Source of the DNA: a virus
Lineage: Duplodnaviria > Caudoviricetes
Reading direction: 5' to 3' (one strand)
Length of the DNA stretch: 42,271 nt
Virus record (IMG/VR): IMGVR_UViG_3300036778_000025
Location: 1-42,271 of that record
Positions 1 to 8,277 of this stretch are shown piece after piece (within the stretch, counting starts at the first letter, position 1; each line of letters opens with the position of its first letter). A model generated the notes under the pieces. That model did no database searches. It had not been told where the DNA came from and saw nothing but the letters and a program-made list of their open reading frames with translations. The translations under genes were made by a program, and so were the position numbers.

Positions 1-144
1 CGCCGTGGCCGTCGTGGCATTGGTGTCGGCCAACGTGATGGTTGCGGTCTGGTTGGTCAGCGACTGTGAGTAACGCGGCATCACCAACACGTAGAAACCG
101 TTTTTCAGCAGGTTGGTAGTGCCGCCATGATACCATTTCGCGCA
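1..144 (+). repeat. Terminal direct repeat, left copy (circularisation overlap)
   Basis: 1-144 equals 42128-42271 except position 127 (a) versus 42254 (c). Confidence 0.97.
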
Positions 145-2673
145 GATGTCGAATCCGGAAAGCACGCTCGCGGCGGTGCCCTGCGGGGCGCTTTGCCCAA
201 AAGTCCAGCCGGCCGGGCTGACCGACGCATAGCCGATCGCCCACGGCGCCAGCAGCACCGGCAGCATCGCCGTCACCCATGCAGTTGTTGCTCGCATTTG
301 ATTGAAAATGCTGATCACCACGGTGCCGCCACCACCGATCGCGCCCCAGTTGGTCATGGTCGCGATGGCTGCGCCGGTGCCGTTCTGAATGGTTTGACCG
401 AACGGGTCATACATCTGGTTGTCCGATCCGTTGTTGGGATCGAACGTATGATCGAACCAATCGACGATCCTGGCGCCGTGCATCATCACGTTCCAGGTGG
501 CCGCGTTCATTTGCGGCGGCGTGATGTAGTATTGAAATCCGCTTGCCTCGTAAGGCTGGCCGGTTTCGATAACCGACAGGAACGGCGCCGGGTTGGCGGT
601 CTGGGTTGAGCGCATGACGTCGAGGCAATCGCCGTAACGACAAGCTCGGCAAGCCTGGTCGACCGTGTAGGCCGGCGCTGCCTGGGTGCCGGTGTTGGTA
701 TAGATCAATCCGGCTTCGTACATTGCGCCGCCGAAGAATTGCCCGGCCACATAATTGGCCGACGGCGCGCAGCCAGCGAAGAAATAGCAATCGATGCTTT
801 GCATGTTCAGGAACACTTGCGCGCCGCCGCCTGAAGGCGTGAATAGTTTACTGAGTGCTGCGGTGACTTGTTGCTGTCCGGTCCCGGTAAATCCGCCGCC
901 ACTCAGAAACGCATTAAACGATGGCGCGTTCTGAGCGATGCAGTAAATGTGCGTCCAGGTATTGTTGACATAGAAGAACTTGCCGCCCGACTGCGCAGTG
1001 GTGAATGCCGCCATGTCGCCGGTTCCCGCCGCATAGCTCGGCGGTTCATCATAGGTATTGATGGCGATAAAGTAGCTCGCCGTTTGCTGTGGCGCGCCGA
1101 AATTCAACACTCCGGTATTATCCGTAACGTCGACGAAATAGATCGGATTGGTGGGGAACAGCAGCGATGCGGACGCGGGGCCGCCGCCATGTGTCAGCAC
1201 GTTCCAGCCGAGCTGCGCCCAGGTGTTGGCCTGTGTCTGTGTGCTCAGGTTGGCAAAGAATGCACCATTGGGAAAAAACGTCGCGCTGTCGAGGCCGGCA
1301 TTGTGGGCATTGGCGAAGCCGTTGCGGCTGAAGTAATTCAAGCTCTGCACGTTGCCGGTCATGCTCTCGCCGTCGATCGCGCGCAGCGTCACGCCGGGCG
1401 GCAGGGCGCCCGACACCACGACGGTCGCCGTGCCCGGGCCACTCGGACCGGTGGCGTTAGTCGCCTGTAGCGTCAGCGTGTAAGTCCCTGCCGTCAGCCC
1501 GGAACTCGACGCCCCAGCCGCAGTCACCCGAATATTTCCGGTAGCGCTGATCACAAAAAACGAACTGGCCGAACTCGGCGTCGTGGACTGGATTGTCCAT
1601 GACGTCGGTGAGTTGGTCGCCGTCATCGTGCCCACCACTTGATTGGTGGTCGCTGGCAACGTGAATGCGAAGCTGGCGTTGTTGATGACCGGAACTGGCG
1701 GCGGCGCCGCGGCGACCGCAATTGTCGCCGTGCCATCGCCTGGGCCACCGCTGTTGGTGGCTTCTGTCGTCAGCGTGTAGGTTTGCGCCGTCAGCCCGGA
1801 TACACCGGACGATGTGACCGTGATCTTGCCGGTGTTGTCGATCGCAAAAAACCCGGCGGCCGCGGTGGGGACCGTCGCCGTGATCGTCCACGCTGTGGGC
1901 GAATTGGTCGCCGTCATGGTTCCGACCGCCTGCCCATTGGTGGCTGGCAGGGTAAACGAGAAATTGCTGTTGGTAACGACGGGCGGCGACGTCGGTGCCG
2001 GTGCTACCGCGATCGACGCTATGCCCGAATTGGAGCCGCCAGCATTGGTAGCTTGCACGGTCAGGGTATAGGTTTGCGCCGTCAGATTGGTTGCGCCTGA
2101 TGCTGAAACCCGGATATTGCCAAAATTACTGATCGTAAAATATCCGATGGCGCCGCTAGGGACCGCTGCCGTAATCAGCCACGATGTCGGCGAATTGGTT
2201 GCGGTCATCGTGCCGACAAGTTGGTTGCTCGTTGCTGGCAGCGTAAAGGAAAAATTACCGTTGCTGACGACCGGCGCGACTGGCGTTGCTGGCGAGACAA
2301 CGATGGTTGCAGTGTTGTTGCCCGGGCCGCCAGCATTGCTGGCTTCGACTGTGAGCGTATACGTTTGCGCCGTCAGCCCACCTGCGCCTGCGCCCGTGAC
2401 GGTAATGGTTCCCGAGTTGTTGATGGCAAAGAACCCAGCGGCCGAACTTGGAGTTGTTGCCGTGATCCGCCATGTGCTCGGCGAATTCGTCGCCGTCATC
2501 ACACCGACGATCTGACCGGTGGTTGCCGTCAGGGTGAACGCGAAGCTGCCCGGGGCGACGACGGGCGCCGGCACACCGCCCGGGATTGCCCTGAGCGATT
2601 GGCCAAACGCCGATGGCGTGAACAGGCTCGGCAGCGCCGCCAGTATGTGCCTACGCAGGAGGTCCATTCCCAT
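1..2673 (-). CDS. N-terminal 891 codons of a ~994-aa exported protein: signal peptide, 4 cadherin/Ig-like repeats, glycoside-hydrolase-like domain; continues at 42127-41816
   Basis: Absent from the ORF track because it runs off the edge. Manual translation from ATG 2673: MGMDLLRRHILAALPSLFTPSAFG|QS..., four PVV.N..F.FTL.AT..Q.VGTMTATNSPT.W.I...F.I...G.I.V...LTAQTYTLT..A.N..G repeats, then motifs INTYDEP, IETGQP and HGARIVDWF. In frame with ORF 41816..42217. Confidence 0.88.
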   Translation of the reverse strand, partial: MGMDLLRRHILAALPSLFTPSAFGQSLRAIPGGVPAPVVAPGSFAFTLTATTGQIVGVMTATNSPSTWRITATTPSSAAGFFAINNSGTITVTGAGAGGLTAQTYTLTVEASNAGGPGNNTATIVVSPATPVAPVVSNGNFSFTLPATSNQLVGTMTATNSPTSWLITAAVPSGAIGYFTISNFGNIRVSASGATNLTAQTYTLTVQATNAGGSNSGIASIAVAPAPTSPPVVTNSNFSFTLPATNGQAVGTMTATNSPTAWTITATVPTAAAGFFAIDNTGKITVTSSGVSGLTAQTYTLTTEATNSGGPGDGTATIAVAAAPPPVPVINNASFAFTLPATTNQVVGTMTATNSPTSWTIQSTTPSSASSFFVISATGNIRVTAAGASSSGLTAGTYTLTLQATNATGPSGPGTATVVVSGALPPGVTLRAIDGESMTGNVQSLNYFSRNGFANAHNAGLDSATFFPNGAFFANLSTQTQANTWAQLGWNVLTHGGGPASASLLFPTNPIYFVDVTDNTGVLNFGAPQQTASYFIAINTYDEPPSYAAGTGDMAAFTTAQSGGKFFYVNNTWTHIYCIAQNAPSFNAFLSGGGFTGTGQQQVTAALSKLFTPSGGGAQVFLNMQSIDCYFFAGCAPSANYVAGQFFGGAMYEAGLIYTNTGTQAAPAYTVDQACRACRYGDCLDVMRSTQTANPAPFLSVIETGQPYEASGFQYYITPPQMNAATWNVMMHGARIVDWFDHTFDPNNGSDNQMYDPFGQTIQNGTGAAIATMTNWGAIGGGGTVVISIFNQMRATTAWVTAMLPVLLAPWAIGYASVSPAGWTFGQSAPQGTAASVLSGFDICAKWYHGGTTNLLKNGFYVLVMPRYSQSLTNQTATITLADTNATTATA
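1402..2565 (-). repeat. Four tandem ~97-aa cadherin/Ig-like coding repeats, 291-bp period
   Basis: The repeat-initial Pro codons lie at 2565, 2274, 1983 and 1692, exactly 291 bp apart. Confidence 0.9.
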
Positions 2674-2680
2674 TTCACAC

Positions 2681-3250
2681 CTACCGTCGCAGTGATTGTA
2701 GCACGCGGCCAACCTTGGCCGGCGGCATGTTCCACGGTGACGCCGGTGCCGCTGGCCCGGTCACCTCATGCTCGCTCATTTGCCGCCGCAGATTGAGCGC
2801 CAGCACGAGCAAGCCTTCCCACCAGCAGCGCCATTCCAGCCGCGCCGCATTGATTTGCGCCACGCTCGGCACCCAGCGCAGCGGGCAATAACTGCCCGTC
2901 GTATATTTGTTATGGCCGCGGCACTCGCCGACGATGTGCGCGCGCGGCCCCTTGAAGATACCAACAACTCGGATCGGGCCGGGCAGCCAATCAGGCTGGG
3001 TCTGCAGGGTGGCGTGCTTCAGGATCAGCGCCGGCGCTGGCGCCGGCAATTGCTGCACGGCGCGGTGAATCGCGATCGCATCGGGGTGCGGGCCGCCGAA
3101 ATAGGCCGGCAAGCGCGCCTCAGGCCGTTCGGCGCGAGCACCGAGCAGCATCACCAAATCCCATTGCGGGCCGCTCGAGCCCTCGCCGCCCTTGCATAGT
3201 TCCTCGAGATAGGTCCATTGCAAAAGCTTTTCAATATCAAGGGGTTTCAT
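2681..3250 (-). CDS. Conserved alphaproteobacterial phage protein in the late-regulator (Q-like) position
   Basis: 189 aa with LDIEKLLQW..., PHPDA and P.AP..PW motifs; last gene of the cro/replication operon. Function inferred from position only. Confidence 0.6.
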   Translation of the reverse strand: MKPLDIEKLLQWTYLEELCKGGEGSSGPQWDLVMLLGARAERPEARLPAYFGGPHPDAIAIHRAVQQLPAPAPALILKHATLQTQPDWLPGPIRVVGIFKGPRAHIVGECRGHNKYTTGSYCPLRWVPSVAQINAARLEWRCWWEGLLVLALNLRRQMSEHEVTGPAAPASPWNMPPAKVGRVLQSLRR

Positions 3251-3289
3251 GCTGTTTAAAGCGGCTCTAAAGTCGGTTAACGGGGCGAA

Positions 3290-4333
3290 TTAATTGCCGT
3301 TGACGATGTTGTCCCAGTAGTCGTTGTCGAGCGGTTTAGGCTTCACCCAGGCGGCTCGCGGCTCGGCAGCGTCACTGGCCGGCGCGACTGTTGCGCTTGC
3401 GTCATGAAGCTCGGAACCTTGGCCATTCGGCTTTGGAAGTACGCCATCCAGCGCTGGAATTCCGGGCTGTTCGGGCTGACTGACGTCAGGCTCTGGTGCA
3501 GCCGGCCCTGGTCCAGCGCTTGCTGGAACCACGGATCCAGTTGGTTCCATTCCGGCTCGGCCATTTCCCGATTGCGCATGCTTGCGCTCCTTTTCGAGCT
3601 CCAGGATTGATTTGCGGCCACTCTCGGCGCGGGTCAGCGGCGGTTCGCTCAGCGGCGCGTCGGGCATGCGCTTGGGCGCCAGCGGCTTGATGCCATGGCG
3701 CAGAAGCTGCGCAGCGCGCTCTTCCTCGGTCAGCCGCTTGCTTTCTGGCTTGCTGTCCTTGGTGGTATCGGGAGGCGGGTCGACTGAAGGCGGCTCGCGT
3801 GGCGCGCCCCCCACAGCGCTAGCGAGCGAGCCGCCTTCTGGCGCCCGCTCTGACTCAGTCAAAAGCGAGGGACTCTCAGTCGAAGAAGAAAGAGCTCTTG
3901 AGGCTCTTTCTTCTTCTCTGGGTGTGGGTGTGGGTGTGGAGGCGTTGCCGCTTGGCATTGCCGCCGATGGCATACTTGGATGATTGATAACGTTGAACTT
4001 TTTGCGTTTTTCCCAGCCTTTTGTCGCGCGTTTCGACTGAGTTTCGGAGTAGTTTCCCGCCTCTTTCAGAGTCTTTTCGACACGTTTTCCCGACAAATTC
4101 CCGGACAAATCAACCCAGATTTTTCCCTTCGCAATGAGCGATTTCTTGACCGCTCGCCATTGGTTTCCATGGCAACCCAATACCGCAAGCAGATAGGCGT
4201 CGTCATTCGGCACGACCCCGTCGCGGCTGTACAGCAAGTCCAAAATTGTGTTGTAGGCCCCACGTTCCTCGAGGGTGAGCCCGACCATACCGTTGAGTGC
4301 CCGGTCGGGGTCGCGCTTGTACCAATTGACCAT
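3290..4333 (-). CDS. Replication initiator, DUF1376/YdaU-type N-terminal winged HTH
   Basis: MVNWYKRDPDRALNGMVGLTLEERGAYNTILDLLY; TPTPTP linker; TGATG coupling at 4333. Confidence 0.8.
   Translation of the reverse strand: MVNWYKRDPDRALNGMVGLTLEERGAYNTILDLLYSRDGVVPNDDAYLLAVLGCHGNQWRAVKKSLIAKGKIWVDLSGNLSGKRVEKTLKEAGNYSETQSKRATKGWEKRKKFNVINHPSMPSAAMPSGNASTPTPTPREEERASRALSSSTESPSLLTESERAPEGGSLASAVGGAPREPPSVDPPPDTTKDSKPESKRLTEEERAAQLLRHGIKPLAPKRMPDAPLSEPPLTRAESGRKSILELEKERKHAQSGNGRAGMEPTGSVVPASAGPGPAAPEPDVSQPEQPGIPALDGVLPKPNGQGSELHDASATVAPASDAAEPRAAWVKPKPLDNDYWDNIVNGN
3343..3579 (-). CDS. Overprinted 78-aa protein nested in the 3' end of the replication gene
   Basis: AAGGAG 7 nt before ATG 3579; sequence VSPNSPEFQRWMAYF...LPSREPP looks like a folded domain. 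Confidence 0.55.
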   Translation of the reverse strand: MRNREMAEPEWNQLDPWFQQALDQGRLHQSLTSVSPNSPEFQRWMAYFQSRMAKVPSFMTQAQQSRRPVTLPSREPPG

Positions 4334-4566
4334 CAGGGTTGCTCCCTCTTGTCGGCCATCAGCCCCGCGATCGTGCGCTCCACCGCCAGCATCCGCCCGA
4401 GGAAATACTCGGCGTGCCTGGCCTTCATTTTCCCGTTGTCGACCCACTTCGGATAAAGGTTCTTGCGGTGCGCAATCTCGCGCCGCACTTCCTCGAGCTG
4501 CTGACTGAGGCTGAAATCCCGCTCCTGCGGGCTGAATTCGCGGCGACCAAAGCCGGTGGCGATCAT
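4333..4566 (-). CDS. Conserved phage hypothetical protein
   Basis: SLSQQLEEVRREIAHRKNLYPKWVDNGKM motif; stop codon coupled to the next ATG. Confidence 0.75.
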   Translation of the reverse strand: MIATGFGRREFSPQERDFSLSQQLEEVRREIAHRKNLYPKWVDNGKMKARHAEYFLGRMLAVERTIAGLMADKREQP

Positions 4567-4597
4567 GGTGTGTTCACCCCTGGCCTGAACACACCGG

Positions 4598-4900
4598 TCA
4601 TGGCGGGTGCTCCTGGCCGCAGTCGATCGCCTGCCGCATGGCGCGCTGAAACCGGGCGTCGGTGCGCTTGAATTCCAGCCGCTGCTCGGTGGTCGATAGG
4701 CCATGGCCGACCGCCTTCGTCTTCGGCCGGCCGCCGCTGGCGCTGCCTTCGATGATGCCCAGCTTGGTCAGCCGCCGCTGCACGATCGATAGCGATATGC
4801 CGAGCTCAACGCCGATCTTCCTTCGCGATAGCTTCTGGCGATGCAGGGCTAATAGCTTGGCGTCGAGCGCGGGAGTCCAGGCAAAATGGTTCGTCCACAT
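4598..4900 (-). CDS. GcrA-like HTH DNA-binding protein
   Basis: WTPALDAKLLALHRQKLSRRKIGVELGIS..VQRRL resembles the GcrA N-terminal HTH. Confidence 0.6.
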   Translation of the reverse strand: MWTNHFAWTPALDAKLLALHRQKLSRRKIGVELGISLSIVQRRLTKLGIIEGSASGGRPKTKAVGHGLSTTEQRLEFKRTDARFQRAMRQAIDCGQEHPP

Positions 4901-4910
4901 GGCGCGAACC

Positions 4911-5126
4911 TCAACGCGACATTGAAATCATCCGCCACAAAGTGTCCGGCGCCATCGCACAGCGCGACGACAGCGCCTTGGTCATCAGCACATGGGTGCG
5001 CGGTGGGAAGCTGCCTTTGGCCTTCCAATGGTGGGCGGTGACGTACTTGACGCCGGTGAGCTCGGCCACGGCGGAAATGCCGCCGAGCTCGACAATTACC
5101 GCCTCTGCGGTCATGAGCTTGCGCAT
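4911..5126 (-). CDS. cro: Cro-like repressor
   Basis: 71 aa, VIVELGGISAVAELTGVKYVTAHHWK..GSFP; divergent from cI. Confidence 0.8.
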   Translation of the reverse strand: MRKLMTAEAVIVELGGISAVAELTGVKYVTAHHWKAKGSFPPRTHVLMTKALSSRCAMAPDTLWRMISMSR

Positions 5127-5132
5127 GACTCG

Positions 5133-5210
5133 ACGTTAGTCTAATATCTTCAGATAATCAACAGGCCGAAATATTTAGGTTAACTCTAACTTTCTTACAG
5201 TGTATAAGAT
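5133..5210. promoter_or_regulatory. Immunity switch: pR-like and pRM-like promoters with TCTAA-N5-TTAGA-type operators
   Basis: Minus strand TTGATT(5161-5156)-17 bp-TAACGT(5138-5133), 6 nt before the cro ATG. Plus strand TAAGAT(5205-5210), 6 nt before the cI ATG. Operators at 5140-5154 and 5185-5199. Confidence 0.65.
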
Positions 5211-5216
5211 GTCGCC

Positions 5217-5579
5217 ATGGCCAAACGCACAGTGATCCTCGATAGCAACGAGGTCGCCGCCCTAATCGACCGGCTGATGCTGCTGCCGGCCCTCATGGGT
5301 CTGCAGAACCAGACCCAGGTCGCCGCCGCCATCGATGTCGGTTACAAGAACTGGCACCATACCTTGCGCACCGGCGACTTGTCGTTCAACACCGCCAAGG
5401 CAATCGTTCGGGCCGTCCCCGGCTTGGACCTGGATTGGCTTACCTTCGGGGTGGAAAGCGGACTAGCGCAGCACATTGTTCAGCGCGTGCACGAGCTGAC
5501 CGATCAGCCGGCGGCGGTTCCTGCCACAATTCGTCGACGAACCGCTGCAAAACCTCGAACACCGCCGCGGCATCGTTAG
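5217..5579 (+). CDS. cI: CI-like repressor (XRE HTH, no S24 peptidase domain)
   Basis: NQTQVAAAIDVGYKNWHH...LDLDWLTFG; divergent from cro. Confidence 0.75.
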   Translation: MAKRTVILDSNEVAALIDRLMLLPALMGLQNQTQVAAAIDVGYKNWHHTLRTGDLSFNTAKAIVRAVPGLDLDWLTFGVESGLAQHIVQRVHELTDQPAAVPATIRRRTAAKPRTPPRHR

Positions 5580-5766
5580 ACCTGGGCGGAAACTCGCCGA
5601 CGATCTGCGAGGCTTGGCGCCGCGCCCCCTGCCAATCCAGAAGCTCGCGCAGCACGATCAGGATCGCCTGCGCCTCCTTGCGGTCTTCAGGTAATAGCTG
5701 GGCGATTCGCATCGCATGCCGCAGATGCCACGCATAGGCATGAACCGGCTCTGTCGACTGTTCCAC
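5440..5766 (-). CDS. Hypothetical protein convergent with and overlapping cI
   Basis: GGAGGG RBS before GTG; RHAMRIAQLLPEDRKEAQAIL motif. Confidence 0.55.
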   Translation of the reverse strand: MEQSTEPVHAYAWHLRHAMRIAQLLPEDRKEAQAILIVLRELLDWQGARRQASQIVGEFPPRSNDAAAVFEVLQRFVDELWQEPPPADRSARARAEQCAALVRFPPRR

Positions 5767-5924
5767 TGCAACCCTCCAACTCCCAGAACTAACTTTTGGT
5801 ACAGGGCATGCACGGGCTGTCGTGAGAGTGTCACAAATTTAGATGACCCGCATGTCTTTTCACATACTTATCACGCGCTCGTGAATGCCGAAATACCGTG
5901 GCTAAAATTTAGAGATTCCACCGC

Positions 5925-5953
5925 TTGCTAGTCTAATAAAATTAGAGTAGATT
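5925..5953 (+). promoter_or_regulatory. pL-like early promoter with an operator in the spacer
   Basis: TTGCTA-17 bp-TAGATT; palindromic TCTAATAAAATTAGA at 5932-5946. Confidence 0.7.
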
Positions 5954-5978
5954 GTTCCCATCAGATCGGGAGCAGCAC

Positions 5979-6188
5979 ATGCCCTTCGTCGCCCGCCGCG
6001 TCACCGTCGTCACCATCCACGATCCGAACTCGTCGCGCGAGCCGTGGCGCGCCACGCTCGGCAACTACCAGCCGGGCGGCCCGGTCGGCACCGGCGCCAC
6101 CGAATGCGAGGCGGTCGGCAATCTCTATGACGAGATCGCCCAGCGCGAGGAATCCGAAGATCAACGCTACGCCAGGAGTGTGTGGTGA
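5979..6188 (+). CDS. Hypothetical early protein
   Basis: GGGAG RBS; first gene after the pL-like promoter. Confidence 0.7.
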   Translation: MPFVARRVTVVTIHDPNSSREPWRATLGNYQPGGPVGTGATECEAVGNLYDEIAQREESEDQRYARSVW

Positions 6189-6274
6189 CCGAAACCCTGC
6201 ACATCGCCGTCATGGCCGCCCTGGTGGCCGGCATCCTGATCATCATGGCTATCGATATGGGAGCAATGCGGTGA
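6185..6274 (+). CDS. 29-aa single-TM peptide (not in ORF track)
   Basis: MTETLHIAVMAALVAGILIIMAIDMGAMR; GTGA overlaps at both ends. Confidence 0.6.
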   Translation: MTETLHIAVMAALVAGILIIMAIDMGAMR

Positions 6275-6483
6275 AACTCATTCCTTCGATGTGTGAACCG
6301 CCGGAAGTCCAGCGCGCCATTCATATCAACCTGAATGATCCGGCGCAGTGCGACGCCGTATTCGAGGCCAAGACCCGCGACCAACTCATGCAGTTGCTGC
6401 GGCAATGCCAAGCCGCACAGACCAACGCCGAGACGCAGCGCGATTATGAGCAGGAGCGCAACGAAGGATGGAGTGTGCGATGA
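6271..6483 (+). CDS. Hypothetical protein
   Basis: GTGA and ATGA coupling with both neighbours. Confidence 0.6.
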   Translation: MKLIPSMCEPPEVQRAIHINLNDPAQCDAVFEAKTRDQLMQLLRQCQAAQTNAETQRDYEQERNEGWSVR

Positions 6484-6728
6484 CCAACGAACCACACATG
6501 CCCGGCGTGCTTGAGAACGTCGAGCGCGAAATCAGCCCTGATCCAGCAGTCGCCAAATTTGCCCCGCCGCGCGCGCGGGTGGGCATGCTGCCGAGCGGCG
6601 AGCTTGAGAACATTCAGGCATCGATCCGCAAGTCGCTGAGCGAAATGATCGAGCTGCACCAGCGCCTCGCGACCTATTGCGACGTGCTCAAAGTCACCAT
6701 CGAAACCCTGCAGCGCAGCGCCGGATAG
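6480..6728 (+). CDS. Hypothetical coiled-coil protein
   Basis: ATGA coupling; heptad-like C-terminus. Confidence 0.6.
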   Translation: MTNEPHMPGVLENVEREISPDPAVAKFAPPRARVGMLPSGELENIQASIRKSLSEMIELHQRLATYCDVLKVTIETLQRSAG

Positions 6729-6733
6729 GAACC

Positions 6734-7933
6734 ATGACCATCAACGTTGAACAGACGATCGCCGACGCCTGCGTTGAGATGAACAAGCCGGAAACCACCG
6801 ACGCCGAGCGCAAGCTCTATGCCGACCTGATCGGCTCGACCTTGCCGGCCGTGGTGCAGGGCAAGCCGCCGGCCGCAGCAAAGCCGACGCCAGCCCCGCA
6901 GGAATTGCCCGTCGACATGCCGGCGTTCGGCCAGCTTGCCACCGCGATCGCCGCCGTCATGGGCGAGATCGGCGTCGTCGCCAAGGAAGGCACCAACGAC
7001 TTTCACAATTACAAATACGTAAAAATGGAAGACCTGCTGCAACGGGCAACGCCGCTGCTCGCCAAGCACGGCGTGGTGGTGTTCCAATCCGAGCTCGAGC
7101 GCACCATGCTGGATGACGGCAAGGTCATGGCCGTCAAATACGGCTTTATGGTCGTGCACAAGTCCGGCGAGATGTGGCCGGAACGGCTGTTTCAAACCGG
7201 GTCGTCAGCTTGCCGGCACAAGAACGGCGGCTTTGACGACAAATCGCTCAACAAGTGCCACACGGCGGCGAGGAAGTATTTCCTGCTGGCGCTGCTACAG
7301 ATTCCGACCGGCGACGAGCAGGACGACGCCGACGCCGGAGAGGTCCCGGAGAAGCTCACCAAGCCGGAACAACCAAAGACCTACCGGCGCAAGGAAGCCG
7401 CCGACGCCGAGAACGAAAAGCGCATGAACGCGATGATGGATGAGCTCGACCAGATCACCCAGGTCAGGGAACCGCTCGATCGAATATTTGCCCACCTGCA
7501 CGACTGGTATCGCGAGCGCGGCATCGATATCGCCGCACTGGGCGACGTGTACGAGGCGAAACTGCGCAAGTTCTATGCCGATACCCTAGCCGTAGTTTCA
7601 GCCGAGATCGACCGCAGCAACAGCAAAAAGCCGGAGCCGGCGCCGCCGCCCGAGCACAAGCCGAACGGCATTTCCCAACGCGCCATCGATGCACGCCAAG
7701 CGCCGCCGCGGCTGGTGCGGGTGGAGTCGGCCGATGGCTCGTTTTTCGATGGCGTGGAATGGCTCAAGATGCTGACCGATGAACTCACCAAGGCGACCGT
7801 GCCGGAAGATTTTGCCGAGATCAAGCAGCACATGTTGATCGCGGCCCATGGCAAGGCGTCCGAAGGCGATTGGAATGAGGGCACGCGCAGATATTACGCG
7901 CGGCTGAAGGAAATCGAGTTGGCGAAGGTGTGA
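6734..7933 (+). CDS. erf: ERF-family single-strand annealing protein
   Basis: VAKEGTNDFHNYKYVKMEDL...HKSGE...KCHTAARKYFLLALLQIPTGDEQDDAD. Confidence 0.88.
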   Translation: MTINVEQTIADACVEMNKPETTDAERKLYADLIGSTLPAVVQGKPPAAAKPTPAPQELPVDMPAFGQLATAIAAVMGEIGVVAKEGTNDFHNYKYVKMEDLLQRATPLLAKHGVVVFQSELERTMLDDGKVMAVKYGFMVVHKSGEMWPERLFQTGSSACRHKNGGFDDKSLNKCHTAARKYFLLALLQIPTGDEQDDADAGEVPEKLTKPEQPKTYRRKEAADAENEKRMNAMMDELDQITQVREPLDRIFAHLHDWYRERGIDIAALGDVYEAKLRKFYADTLAVVSAEIDRSNSKKPEPAPPPEHKPNGISQRAIDARQAPPRLVRVESADGSFFDGVEWLKMLTDELTKATVPEDFAEIKQHMLIAAHGKASEGDWNEGTRRYYARLKEIELAKV

Positions 7934-8277
7934 GCATGAGCATTCAATCACAACGCGCAGACGCCGACTATGGCCGGCTTACGGACGAAACCATTGCATT
8001 GATCAAAGGTATGCTCGCGCGCGGTGATAAGCAAAGCGATATCGCTGCGTGTTTCCTGATCAACGGTGGCCGCATTTCCGAGATCAATCTCGGCGAACGT
8101 GGCAAGGACATTGCGCCGGCGAAGCCGGCCGATCTGCCGCCGGCCGCGCCATATCCATCGCCCTATGAACTCTGGAAAATGCGCCAGCAAGTATGGCGGG
8201 CGCGCGTTGCGCTGGAAGCCGCGGCCAAAGGCATTCAACAAGCGCTCGTGGCCGTGCACAAGTTGGAGCAATCATGA
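7930..8277 (+). CDS. HTH DNA-binding hypothetical protein
   Basis: IKGMLARGDKQSDIAACFLINGGRISEI. Confidence 0.65.
   Translation: MSMSIQSQRADADYGRLTDETIALIKGMLARGDKQSDIAACFLINGGRISEINLGERGKDIAPAKPADLPPAAPYPSPYELWKMRQQVWRARVALEAAAKGIQQALVAVHKLEQS

Noticed and set aside
1-144. Terminal repeat as a DGR template/variable pair or as a physical genome end
   Set aside because: No reverse transcriptase is present, there is only one mismatch, and the repeat falls mid-gene, which fits an assembly overlap of a circular sequence.
1402-2565. Periodic repeats as a CRISPR or non-coding array
   Set aside because: They are in-frame, diverged 291-bp protein domain repeats.
127-2796. Many + strand ORFs and short - strand ORFs in the track
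   Set aside because: They are shadows of the long minus-strand ORF starting at 2673.
3840-4115. Short repeats in the replication gene as origin iterons
   Set aside because: Plausible by position, but the repeats are short and inconsistent, and GGGTGT x3 simply encodes the TPTPTP linker.
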